Assembly (NCBI GenBank): GCA_036654655.1
Contig: JAVVRP010000003.1
Location: 30,284-94,283 of the forward strand
Length of the DNA: 64,000 bases
Direction of reading: 5' to 3'
Source: Clostridia bacterium
GTDB lineage: Bacteria; Bacillota; Clostridia; Christensenellales; UBA1242
The notes under the pieces are model-generated. The model worked only from the letters and a program-made list of their open reading frames with translations. It made no database searches and was not told where the DNA came from. Shown here piece by piece: positions 36,470 to 45,113 of the stretch (position 1 is the first letter of the stretch; each line of letters starts with the position of its first letter). The translations under genes and the position numbers were made by a program.

Positions 36470-39073
36470 GTGAAAGTGGTTTTAAACAAAAACAAAATTA
36501 AAATAATTTCCATGTGTTTTGCATTAGGGATGGCAATGTTATCATTTCCTGTTGCAATTTTTGCACAACCACTCCCAAAAGAAGCAATTCAAGCAACAAC
36601 GGCGGTTGCTCTTGCACAAAATTATTATGGTGGCACGGGTGAAAATAGCACACCATATTTAATAAGTTCTTGTGAAGAGTATGCAAAGTTTGTTGCTGAC
36701 GGGGTAACAGAAAAAAAATTTTTTCAGTTAATAAAAAGCATTGACTTAACAGGCACAAACGTCCAAACAAAAGCGTTATTTAAGGGGACTTTTGATGGCA
36801 ACGGCCTTGAAATTAAAGGAATTTCCCGCCCACTTTTTAATGAAATTAACGGTGGCACCGTTAAAAACTTGTCAATTTCGGGCAATATACAAAATATAGA
36901 ACGATCTTGTGGCTCATTGGCCAATACTGTAAATAATTCAATAATTTCAAATATTTTATCAACAACAGTATTAATTGGTAATGAAACAGGATTATATTCT
37001 ATTGGTGGAGTAATTGACAGTTGCACTGACTCAAACCTATCAAACATTATTTTTGCTGGAAGCATAAGCGGATCTGGAATTCATCAGGCGGGAGGAATTG
37101 TTGGTAAATTTAATAATACAGAAACAATAATTAAAACAATAAACAATTGTTTTAATTATGGAAAAATTTCATCTAATTATAACGGAGTCAGTGTTAGAAT
37201 TGGTGGGATAGTTGGTCATTTGGAGACTAACAGTAAGCAAACAAAAATTCTTTTATGCGGAAATGAGGGAAATATAAGCGCACAAAATATAGGAAACGGC
37301 GCTGTTGACGGAGGCGATGTTGTCGGATGCGCTGTTGGCGGAATTGTTGGCTCCGCTGGTTCTTGGGGCGGAAGAAAGGAAGATTACATTTCTGTTAACA
37401 TAGACCAGTGTTATAACATTGGCAATATTTACGCCGGGTTTGATGATTATACGAAGGGTGGAGAAAAATTCCCCGGTTCCGACTTTTCTTATGCAGGTGG
37501 AATTGTTGGATGTGCAGCAAAAGAAACAAAGGTTACAAATTGCTACAACAAGGGCTATGTTCAGGCTCAGGCAACAACGGCGATAACGAGGTATGTTTTA
37601 GGCAAAGATACGGACGACGTAATTGTATGCCAAGAAAATAATAAACCAATAAAATATCACACCGATGATCCAACAACGCCGTTGGTGGAGCCGTCATGGT
37701 GGGAGTATGAATACGCAAAAAACTATGCAAGTTTAAATTATCGCAAAAAACTTGCATATTCTGGCGGTATTGTTGGATATTGTTATAACAACACGGGTGA
37801 TGTTTCATATTGCTACAACACGGGGAGCATATCAGGAGGGTTTGAAAAAGTTACAAGTTTAGATGGATATCAAATAAAGTATACATCTTTAAAAGAGGGT
37901 ACAATAGAGGAAAAAACGGAGAAACCTGGGGGTTTTTATTATAATTTTATAGGGCAAGGATTTAACTACACTTTAAACGTTGAGTTTATGTATAGCAAAT
38001 TTTTTAACAAAGGAATTGTTGGAGGCAATTCTTTGGGTAGTCAAGGATTTAATTATACAAATTGTTGGACTTCTAAAATGATAACAGAAGATTATCCACT
38101 TGTATTTAATGTATATTCAAATAATGATGCATGCACATATGAATTATCAGGATATAATAATACAGGAGATAATATGTATATTTATTATCCGCTTGTCCGT
38201 AAAAAAGGTGAAACTATAGGTCCCTTTTATGCAAATTATGATTTAAACGGATTAGGGAATCTATACCCATTTGAAGGGTCAATAACAGACCCAAAACCTA
38301 TTATTCGTTCTGTGCAATATAAAAGAAACGGTGATGTAAATCTGAAAATTGGGAAGACTGAGGACGTTGGTGAGATTACAGCAAGGCCAATAAATCCTCC
38401 GCTCTCCGCTCCATATTATTTTGATTTTGACAAAAATAGTTGGTTCAAATTTTTTGGTGGAGCGGTGTATAATATATTCCTTCCGGGTTCGCTTTGGGCG
38501 CCCCAAAACTTTTGGAACACTCCTTTGAAGTCCTATTTTGGAACGTATGGCGAGGAAGCCTATGAGTTTTCCCCCTCCAATCCCAACTACTCATTAACGG
38601 GTTTAGATGCGATTTCTGACCGCTTACTATATGATTTTTATTTCCAATCTGCTAACGTCGAACATTTATTACACAATAAAATACCTAGTGTTGTTGGCTA
38701 TGGCCTTGGACCACGAGATAATAACTTTGATCCATACTATCCCGTTTTTGGATTAAACACTACAAGTTCTTGTTTAAATTTATATCCTGAAGATAAATCT
38801 AAATCTGAATATGAATTTAAATTTAAATTAGGTGCGCAAGTTGATTGGCAAGTAGGAAGCGATTATATTAATACTGTTTGGCGATCAGACTATAAAACCT
38901 TTACATTCAAACTTTTTCCAGAGATAAATATATGTACGGATGAGGAAATTAAAGCAAAATTTAAAAAAACAGACACAACAGGCACAACGGAAGACTGGAA
39001 GGACAACTGGGCAGTAGACACAAATAACAAAATTAATGGTGGTTTCCCATATTTAAAAGCGATGCGCTGGTAA
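36470..39073 (+). CDS. Secreted GLUG-motif repeat protein
   Basis: It has a signal peptide (MCFALGMAMLSFPVAIFA). An entry motif STPYLISSCEEYAKF is followed by repeated GGIVG/GGVID GLUG units (AGGIVGKF, IGGIVGHL, VGGIVGSA, AGGIVGCA, SGGIVGYC). The terminal motif is NGGFPYLKAM. Confidence 0.75.
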   Translation: MKVVLNKNKIKIISMCFALGMAMLSFPVAIFAQPLPKEAIQATTAVALAQNYYGGTGENSTPYLISSCEEYAKFVADGVTEKKFFQLIKSIDLTGTNVQTKALFKGTFDGNGLEIKGISRPLFNEINGGTVKNLSISGNIQNIERSCGSLANTVNNSIISNILSTTVLIGNETGLYSIGGVIDSCTDSNLSNIIFAGSISGSGIHQAGGIVGKFNNTETIIKTINNCFNYGKISSNYNGVSVRIGGIVGHLETNSKQTKILLCGNEGNISAQNIGNGAVDGGDVVGCAVGGIVGSAGSWGGRKEDYISVNIDQCYNIGNIYAGFDDYTKGGEKFPGSDFSYAGGIVGCAAKETKVTNCYNKGYVQAQATTAITRYVLGKDTDDVIVCQENNKPIKYHTDDPTTPLVEPSWWEYEYAKNYASLNYRKKLAYSGGIVGYCYNNTGDVSYCYNTGSISGGFEKVTSLDGYQIKYTSLKEGTIEEKTEKPGGFYYNFIGQGFNYTLNVEFMYSKFFNKGIVGGNSLGSQGFNYTNCWTSKMITEDYPLVFNVYSNNDACTYELSGYNNTGDNMYIYYPLVRKKGETIGPFYANYDLNGLGNLYPFEGSITDPKPIIRSVQYKRNGDVNLKIGKTEDVGEITARPINPPLSAPYYFDFDKNSWFKFFGGAVYNIFLPGSLWAPQNFWNTPLKSYFGTYGEEAYEFSPSNPNYSLTGLDAISDRLLYDFYFQSANVEHLLHNKIPSVVGYGLGPRDNNFDPYYPVFGLNTTSSCLNLYPEDKSKSEYEFKFKLGAQVDWQVGSDYINTVWRSDYKTFTFKLFPEINICTDEEIKAKFKKTDTTGTTEDWKDNWAVDTNNKINGGFPYLKAMRW

Positions 39074-39495
39074 AATAACGGAATATTGATAAAAATTTTT
39101 ACACAACATTTTAAATTTTAATTGTTTAATGTTTATTAAGTTGGTTGTTAAACATTTAACATTAATTTTATGTTTCCATTTTTTATTTATTTTAAAATTT
39201 TGTGCAAATTAATTATTATAGGGGGCAGGTGTGTTAATTTTATTGTTTTTTGTTATCCATGCTTGATTTAATGCTTAATATATGATATAACTTTTAAAGT
39301 AATTAAAAAAATGTAATTTGCAAATGCAATTTAAAATTAACATTTAATGCAGTTTGTTAAATTTGGCATTTGTAACTTACAAAATAACAAAAATTTTGGT
39401 CATGCAATGGGTTTTAAATTGATTACAAAACAACATGCATGGGTAAAATTTATTAATGAAAAAACAATTTTTGCAAAAAAATGTGAGGTGAAATT

Positions 39496-41070
39496 ATGGT
39501 TCAAGCAATTAACATTAGTTTACAGTTTGGTGGGCGCGTGCTGTTTAAGGAAGTAAATTTAAAGTTTACAAAAGGCAATTGTTATGGAATTATTGGGGCA
39601 AATGGTGCGGGAAAGTCCACGTTTTTAAAAATTATTACCGGCGAACTTGAACCAAACAAGGGCGAAGTTTTTGTTTCACACGGGGAGAGAATGAGTGTGC
39701 TAAGCCAAAATCAAAACGCGTTTGACAAAAACACAGTTTTGCAAACTGTTTTGCTTGGGCACAAACGATTGGTTGAAATTGAAAATGAAAAAAATGCACT
39801 TTATAACAAGGCTGATTTTACTGATGCAGATGGCATTAAAACAAGTGAATTAGAGCAAGAATTTGCAGAACTTGGAGGCTGGGAGGCAGAAGGTGAAGCA
39901 AAAACTTTGTTAACAGGCATTGGAATTGAAGAAAAAGATTTTAACAAAAACATGTGTGACTTGGATGCAAAACATAAAGTTAAAATTTTGCTTGCACAAG
40001 CACTTTTTGGAAATCCCGATATTTTGGTGTTGGACGAACCAACAAACAACTTGGATTTTAAAACAACAAAATGGTTGGAAACGTTTTTAATGAATTTTGA
40101 GAACACAGTAATTATTGTTTCGCACAATCGTCATTTTTTGAACAAAGTTTGCACGCACATTTGCGATGTAGATTATGGTGAAATTAAAATGATGGTTGGC
40201 AATTATGATTTTTGGTACGAAACAAATCAATTGCTTGCTCGTCAGGCAAAAGAGCAAAACAAAAAGGCAGAACAAAGAGCAACAGAATTAAAAGATTTTA
40301 TTGCAAGATTTTCTGCAAACGCATCAAAATCTAAACAAGCAACTAGCAGAAAAAAAGAATTGGAAAAATTGACAATAGAAGACTTTAAGCCATCAAACAG
40401 AAAATATCCATACATAAATTTTGATTTTACGCAAGAAATTGGAAAGGAAATTTTGGTTGTAAAAAATTTAACAAAAAAAGGTTTTTTCAAAAATTTATCC
40501 TTTACTCTGCAACAGGGAAACAAAGTTGCAATACTCAGTGGCAACAGCCAAGTGCCAACAAAACTTTTTAATATTTTAACAAACAAAGAAAAAGCCGACA
40601 GTGGCACAGTAACGTGGGGCAAAACAATAAAAGTTTCCTATATGCCACAAGACAATCGCGAGTATTTTGAAAATTGCAAACTTTCGCTTGTTGATTGGTT
40701 AAGGCAATTCACAAAAGAACAAGGCGAAATGTTTGTTAGAAGTTGGCTGGGCAGAATGCTTTTTTCGGGCGAGGAAGCCCTTAAAGAAGTTAATGTTTTG
40801 TCTGGTGGCGAAAAGGTTCGTTGCATGTTTGCAAAGTCCATGTTGGAAGCGGGAAACATGCTTTTAATGGACGAACCAACAAATCATTTGGATTTGGAAA
40901 GCATAACGGCACTTAACAAGGGAATGATTAATTATCGCGGGTGTATGCTTTTTACATCGCAGGACCAAGAAATCATTGAAACGGTTGCAAACAGAATTAT
41001 TGATATTGTTTCAGAAGATAAATTTATTGACAAAACGCTTTGTTATGATGATTATTGTGCGTTAAACTAA
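39496..41070 (+). CDS. ABC-F family ATPase (YbiT-like), NBD2 Walker A and H-loop degenerate
   Basis: There are two NBDs and no TMD. NBD1 has GANGAGKST, LVLDEPTNNLD and VSHNRHF. NBD2 has LSGGEKVR and LLMDEPTNHLD. However, Walker A reads SGNSQVPTK and the H-loop reads TSQDQ. An SD GAGGTGA is present. Confidence 0.88.
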   Translation: MVQAINISLQFGGRVLFKEVNLKFTKGNCYGIIGANGAGKSTFLKIITGELEPNKGEVFVSHGERMSVLSQNQNAFDKNTVLQTVLLGHKRLVEIENEKNALYNKADFTDADGIKTSELEQEFAELGGWEAEGEAKTLLTGIGIEEKDFNKNMCDLDAKHKVKILLAQALFGNPDILVLDEPTNNLDFKTTKWLETFLMNFENTVIIVSHNRHFLNKVCTHICDVDYGEIKMMVGNYDFWYETNQLLARQAKEQNKKAEQRATELKDFIARFSANASKSKQATSRKKELEKLTIEDFKPSNRKYPYINFDFTQEIGKEILVVKNLTKKGFFKNLSFTLQQGNKVAILSGNSQVPTKLFNILTNKEKADSGTVTWGKTIKVSYMPQDNREYFENCKLSLVDWLRQFTKEQGEMFVRSWLGRMLFSGEEALKEVNVLSGGEKVRCMFAKSMLEAGNMLLMDEPTNHLDLESITALNKGMINYRGCMLFTSQDQEIIETVANRIIDIVSEDKFIDKTLCYDDYCALN

Positions 41071-41149
41071 ATGTTTAAAATGTATATTTTAACAAAAATA
41101 TATTAATATTAATTAAAGCCGGCAAACAAAAAAAAGGATAGGAGTTAAA

Positions 41150-41776
41150 ATGGTTGTAAAAGATAAAAAAACCGAAAAAGCATATGTGGAAAAGATAAAA
41201 AAACCGCGCGAGAAAAAAATTAAAAAGTTTTTTGATGATTACAAAAAGTTTGCATCCAAAGGCAATATTATGGACCTTGCAATTGCGGTTGTTATGGGTG
41301 CTGCATTCACAAAAATTGTTAACAGTTTGGTTGCTGACATAATAATGCCATTAATTAGTTTAATAATTGGCAAAAACAGTTTAACAAATTGGAAATGGGT
41401 TCTTGATGCAAAAAATAACATAACCTTAAATTACGGCATGTTTTTTCAGGTAATTTTAGATTTTGTTATTGTTTCATTTTTCATATTTTTGTTTTTTAGA
41501 ATAATAACAAACAGCAAAAAAAAGATGGAAGAAGTTTCAAAAGCGCTTGCAGATGAATTAAAAGCAAAATTTGTTAAAAAGGACGATAATATATCTAGTT
41601 CGCAAATTGAGCAAGTTGTAAATGATGTTTCAAAAATTGCTCAGCCAGCAGAAATGGAACAAAAAATTCAGGAAAAAATTGAAGAAAAGCAAGCCAATAA
41701 CCTTGAAATTAAAAACGCAGACATTAACACTCAATTACTTACCGAAATCAGAGATTTGCTTCGGGGTTTAAAATAA
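41150..41776 (+). CDS. mscL: Large-conductance mechanosensitive channel with extended N-terminus and TM2-to-C-helix linker
   Basis: MscL hallmarks are FKKFASKGNIMDLAIAVVMGAAFTKIVNSLVADIIMPLI and the C-terminal LLTEIRDLL. At 208 aa it is longer than the usual 130-150 aa. Confidence 0.85.
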   Translation: MVVKDKKTEKAYVEKIKKPREKKIKKFFDDYKKFASKGNIMDLAIAVVMGAAFTKIVNSLVADIIMPLISLIIGKNSLTNWKWVLDAKNNITLNYGMFFQVILDFVIVSFFIFLFFRIITNSKKKMEEVSKALADELKAKFVKKDDNISSSQIEQVVNDVSKIAQPAEMEQKIQEKIEEKQANNLEIKNADINTQLLTEIRDLLRGLK

Positions 41777-41825
41777 ATTGTATAATTTATTTTAAACAGA
41801 GCAAAATATTAACACGGAGGTGGTT

Positions 41826-42005
41826 ATGAATAAAAATAATGGTGTTTGCTGTGATGTTTGTGCATGTCAGCACAATGAAAAGGGTTGTGAATGTTGTTTG
41901 GATAAAATAAGAGTAACAACAGGTGACGAATTAAGAAATCATTTTTGCGGTAGTTTTGAATGTAAGCCAGAGTTTGACAAAACTAAAACAGAATTAAAGT
42001 TATAA
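41826..42005 (+). CDS. DUF1540-like small cysteine-rich protein
   Basis: I prefer ATG 41826, which follows SD GGAGGTG. The sequence reads GVCCDVCACQHNEKGCECCLDKIRV. Confidence 0.55.
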   Translation: MNKNNGVCCDVCACQHNEKGCECCLDKIRVTTGDELRNHFCGSFECKPEFDKTKTELKL

Positions 42006-42037
42006 AAAAAACGCATTTCATTTGAAATGCGTTTTTA
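42004..42037. terminator. Bidirectional intrinsic terminator
   Basis: The sequence is AAAAAAACGCATTTCA-TT-TGAAATGCGTTTTT, a 9-10 bp stem flanked by an A-run and a T-run. It lies between convergent genes. Confidence 0.8.
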
Positions 42038-42056
42038 ATTAATTTTAAGTTATAAT

Positions 42057-42638
42057 TTACTTTAAAATTTTACCTATAATTTGATAAGAAACTTCATTTT
42101 TTTTTGCCATTTCTTTTGCATAGTCACAGGCTTCGGTTTTAATTATAAAACGCTTTGAAGCCTTTTTACTGCCAAAGCGACGAACAACCCAGTCCTGTGA
42201 TTCATTATTAAATTCAACAACATAATCATCTGGGTTGGTTGTTTGTTGTGCTTTAACAACTGGTGCAACTGGCTTTAATTGGGCGTCTTGTGGGAAAAAA
42301 ACTTCCACTTTTGCAGGACGGCCTCTTTTTGCCTTTGGCTTTTCCACAACTGATTTGGCAATCTCAGTTAAATTAACAGGTTCAACAACAGGTTGCTGAA
42401 CAACTGCAACTTTTGGTTTTCTGCCTCTTTTGGATGGTGTTGCTGTTTCTGTGTTTTTGCTTGCTGGTGCAATTTGGTTTTTGTTTTCAACTTTTGGTTG
42501 ATCAAGAGATTTTGTTTGCTTTTGATTTAAAGCAAAAATAATTATCCAATAGATTGCAAGCCCTAAAAGCATTATGCCAGAAATAATAAAATACCAATAT
42601 TTACTTAAAAAGTTAAGCATGTTTTCTCCTTTAAACAT
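42057..42638 (-). CDS. Membrane-anchored protein with AT-hook-like motifs and C-terminal DUF2188-like domain
   Basis: The N-terminal TM is YWYFIISGIMLLGLAIYWIIIFAL. The basic motifs are SKRGRKPKV and KAKRGRPAKV. The C-terminal YVVEFNNESQDWVVRRFGSKKASKRFIIKTEACDYAKEMAKKN fits the DUF2188 pattern. Confidence 0.6.
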   Translation of the reverse strand: MFKGENMLNFLSKYWYFIISGIMLLGLAIYWIIIFALNQKQTKSLDQPKVENKNQIAPASKNTETATPSKRGRKPKVAVVQQPVVEPVNLTEIAKSVVEKPKAKRGRPAKVEVFFPQDAQLKPVAPVVKAQQTTNPDDYVVEFNNESQDWVVRRFGSKKASKRFIIKTEACDYAKEMAKKNEVSYQIIGKILK

Positions 42639-42780
42639 TAAATGTTTTATTTAGTATATCACTAACTTAAAATAAATTCAAGCACTAAAATGTAAATTAA
42701 ATTAATATTTTTAATTATTTAATTTTTTAATTTAATAAATCATTTGCAAGTTTTTGTGCAATTGATATATAATAAGAAAC

Positions 42781-43371
42781 ATGAAGCGTAAGGCAAATTT
42801 AATTTTTTCTATTGCGGTAACTTTGCTAACACTGGCAATTTTTGGATTTGGAGTTTATGCTGCAATTAATGAGCCAATTTCTATTTCAAATGAAATTATA
42901 TTTAAATTGCCACCATCAGCCGAGGGCGATTTTGTTGATGAACAAGGCAATCCTGCAAATATAACTATTTCTGCAACTGTTGAAGGGTGCGTTAAGGATA
43001 AAGGAAAATCATATTCTTACACGGCAAGTGCATCAAAGGCATCTTTTGTTTTTCCTGCATGGGACCTTGGAAATCTTTCTTTTATTTTTAATGAAGGGCA
43101 AACAACTTTACCTAAAATAGTTTTTAATTTTACCTTTAAAAATGATGTTTATAACAAAAGTTTTTATTGCAAACTTAGCAATGACGGTGCAAATTTTGAT
43201 TCCACAAATTTAACAAGAATGTTTGTTTATGAGGATTCAGCACTTGAACAAACAGCAACTGTTATGAATGGAAATGAAGTAAGTTTTTCTGTAAAAGTTA
43301 TGCCAAAAAAAATTGACAAATTTTTTATTGCATCAAACAATAATTTTGTTGTTAATATATTTGCATTTTAA
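42781..43371 (+). CDS. Secreted/signal-anchored protein, unknown function
   Basis: The N-terminal hydrophobic segment LIFSIAVTLLTLAIFGFGVYAA is followed by beta-rich sequence. No family was recognised. Confidence 0.5.
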   Translation: MKRKANLIFSIAVTLLTLAIFGFGVYAAINEPISISNEIIFKLPPSAEGDFVDEQGNPANITISATVEGCVKDKGKSYSYTASASKASFVFPAWDLGNLSFIFNEGQTTLPKIVFNFTFKNDVYNKSFYCKLSNDGANFDSTNLTRMFVYEDSALEQTATVMNGNEVSFSVKVMPKKIDKFFIASNNNFVVNIFAF

Positions 43372-43407
43372 TTAATAATTTTTAAAAAAATTGCATAAAA
43401 TAGTGTT

Positions 43408-44175
43408 ATGGTTTTTCTTTATGCAATAATTTTTGGCATAGTACAAGGGTTAACAGAATTTTTGCCTGTTTCTTCAAGCGGGCATTTGGTTTTGGTTAAC
43501 CGTATTTTTGGGGGCAGTGGAAATTTTTTATTTTTAAGCGTGCTTCTTCATGTTGCAACTTTGTTGTCTGTGATTATTGTTTTAAGAAAGGATGTTAAAA
43601 ATTTGATATGCCATCCTTTTTCTGCCCAAGCAAAAAAAATATATTTATCTCTTTTGCCAACAATAATTATTGTGCTTGTTTTTAAATCTGCTTTTGAAAA
43701 TGCTTTTAACGGACAGTATTTATCAATATGTTTTGCAATAACCGGTTTTGTTTTGTTGTTAACTTGCTTTTTTTCTAAAAGAGCACAAACAAACAAGCCA
43801 ATTTCATACAAAACGGCCTTTTTTATGGGGGTTATTCAAGGCATTGCAGTAATGCCAGGGATATCTCGTTCTGGTTCCACAATCGCTTGTGGAATGTTGT
43901 GTGGAGAATCGCAAGAAAACGCAACAAAGTTTTCATTTTTAATGAGCATTCCAGTAATTTTTGCAAGCATGGGATATGAAGCGTTAAAGGTTTTTAAAAA
44001 TGGAACAGTTATTCAATCAAGTGAACTTTTGCCAATTATGATTGCTTGTGTGTTTGCGTTTTTTGTTGGAATGTTTTCCATTAAAATAATGCTTGGAATT
44101 GTTAAAAAAACAGGGCTTTTGCCTTTTGGAATTTATCTTTTTGTTCTTTCAATATTAACTGCAATCTTTTTGTAA
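43408..44175 (+). CDS. uppP: Undecaprenyl-diphosphate phosphatase
   Basis: Motifs GIVQGLTEFLPVSSSGHL and PGISRSGSTI are present in a 255-aa polytopic product. Confidence 0.92.
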   Translation: MVFLYAIIFGIVQGLTEFLPVSSSGHLVLVNRIFGGSGNFLFLSVLLHVATLLSVIIVLRKDVKNLICHPFSAQAKKIYLSLLPTIIIVLVFKSAFENAFNGQYLSICFAITGFVLLLTCFFSKRAQTNKPISYKTAFFMGVIQGIAVMPGISRSGSTIACGMLCGESQENATKFSFLMSIPVIFASMGYEALKVFKNGTVIQSSELLPIMIACVFAFFVGMFSIKIMLGIVKKTGLLPFGIYLFVLSILTAIFL

Positions 44176-44238
44176 TTTAATTTGTTAATGCAAATTATGT
44201 ATAATTTTACATAATTTGTTGTTTATGTGTTAACAGTG

Positions 44239-44247
44239 TGATATAAT
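44239..44247 (+). promoter_or_regulatory. Extended -10 promoter element 6 nt upstream of the MBL-hydrolase ATG
   Basis: TGaTATAAT spans 44239-44247, with a TTGTTT -35-like hexamer 17 nt upstream. ATG 44254 follows after TTAATC, and there is no SD. Confidence 0.55.
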
Positions 44248-44253
44248 TTAATC

Positions 44254-45042
44254 ATGAAGGTTTGTAATTTCTCCTCTGGAAGTGAGGGAAACGTAACATA
44301 TGTGGAAACAGAAAACAGCAAGGTTTTGGTTGACCTTGGAATTTCTTGCACAAAAGTAGAAAAAATTTTAAAGGAAATGAATGTTAATCCCAGCCAAATT
44401 GATGCAATTTTGGTGTCTCACGAACACACAGATCACACAAACGGAATCCCTTATTTTTCAAAAAAGTATGGCACAAAAGTTTTTGTGCATCAAAAAAGCA
44501 TCCCAGGGTTTTTGCGTAAACTTAAAGGAATGGACCAAGGCAAAATAACAGAGTTTTGGGACGTTCCGTTTCAGTTTTTAGATTTGTTAATTGAGCCAAT
44601 TGAGGTTGCACATGACAGCGACCATTGTGTTGCTTTTACTTTATCTGAAAATAACAAAAAGGTTGGAATAATAACAGATTTAGGGCATTTTGACAACAAT
44701 ATCATAAATGCCATGCAAGGATGCAGATTGCTTTATGTTGAAGCAAATCATAATCCAAAAATGTTGGAAGAAAATTTAACTTATCCACTTTGGCTTAAAA
44801 AAAGAATTGCCGGAAACAATGGGCATTTATCAAATGAGCAAAGTGCAAAACTGATTGCAAAACTAATTGGGGCAAACACAAAACAAATTATGCTTTCACA
44901 TCTTAGCCACGAAAATAACACTCCCGAATTGGCATACACCGAAGTTTTAAAAAGCCTGTTTAATGATGGATTTGTTGAGGGTGATGGATTTAGAATTGGC
45001 GTTGCAACAACAAAGCCAACAGCAATTTTTAAATTAAAATAA
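44254..45042 (+). CDS. MBL-fold metallo-hydrolase (YycJ/WalJ-like)
   Basis: Motifs FSSGSEGNVTYVE, VLVDLGIS and VSHEHTDH are present in a 262-aa product. Confidence 0.85.
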   Translation: MKVCNFSSGSEGNVTYVETENSKVLVDLGISCTKVEKILKEMNVNPSQIDAILVSHEHTDHTNGIPYFSKKYGTKVFVHQKSIPGFLRKLKGMDQGKITEFWDVPFQFLDLLIEPIEVAHDSDHCVAFTLSENNKKVGIITDLGHFDNNIINAMQGCRLLYVEANHNPKMLEENLTYPLWLKKRIAGNNGHLSNEQSAKLIAKLIGANTKQIMLSHLSHENNTPELAYTEVLKSLFNDGFVEGDGFRIGVATTKPTAIFKLK

Positions 45043-45113
45043 TTTTGAACAATAAATATATTTATGTTTTTTGCACATCATAATTATACAACAAAAATCT
45101 AGGAGATATAATT

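Noticed and set aside
39347-39556. 69-aa ORF overlapping the start of the ABC-F gene.
   Set aside because: It has no SD and runs into and out of frame with a well-supported gene that has its own GAGGTGA SD. The sequence has no recognisable features.
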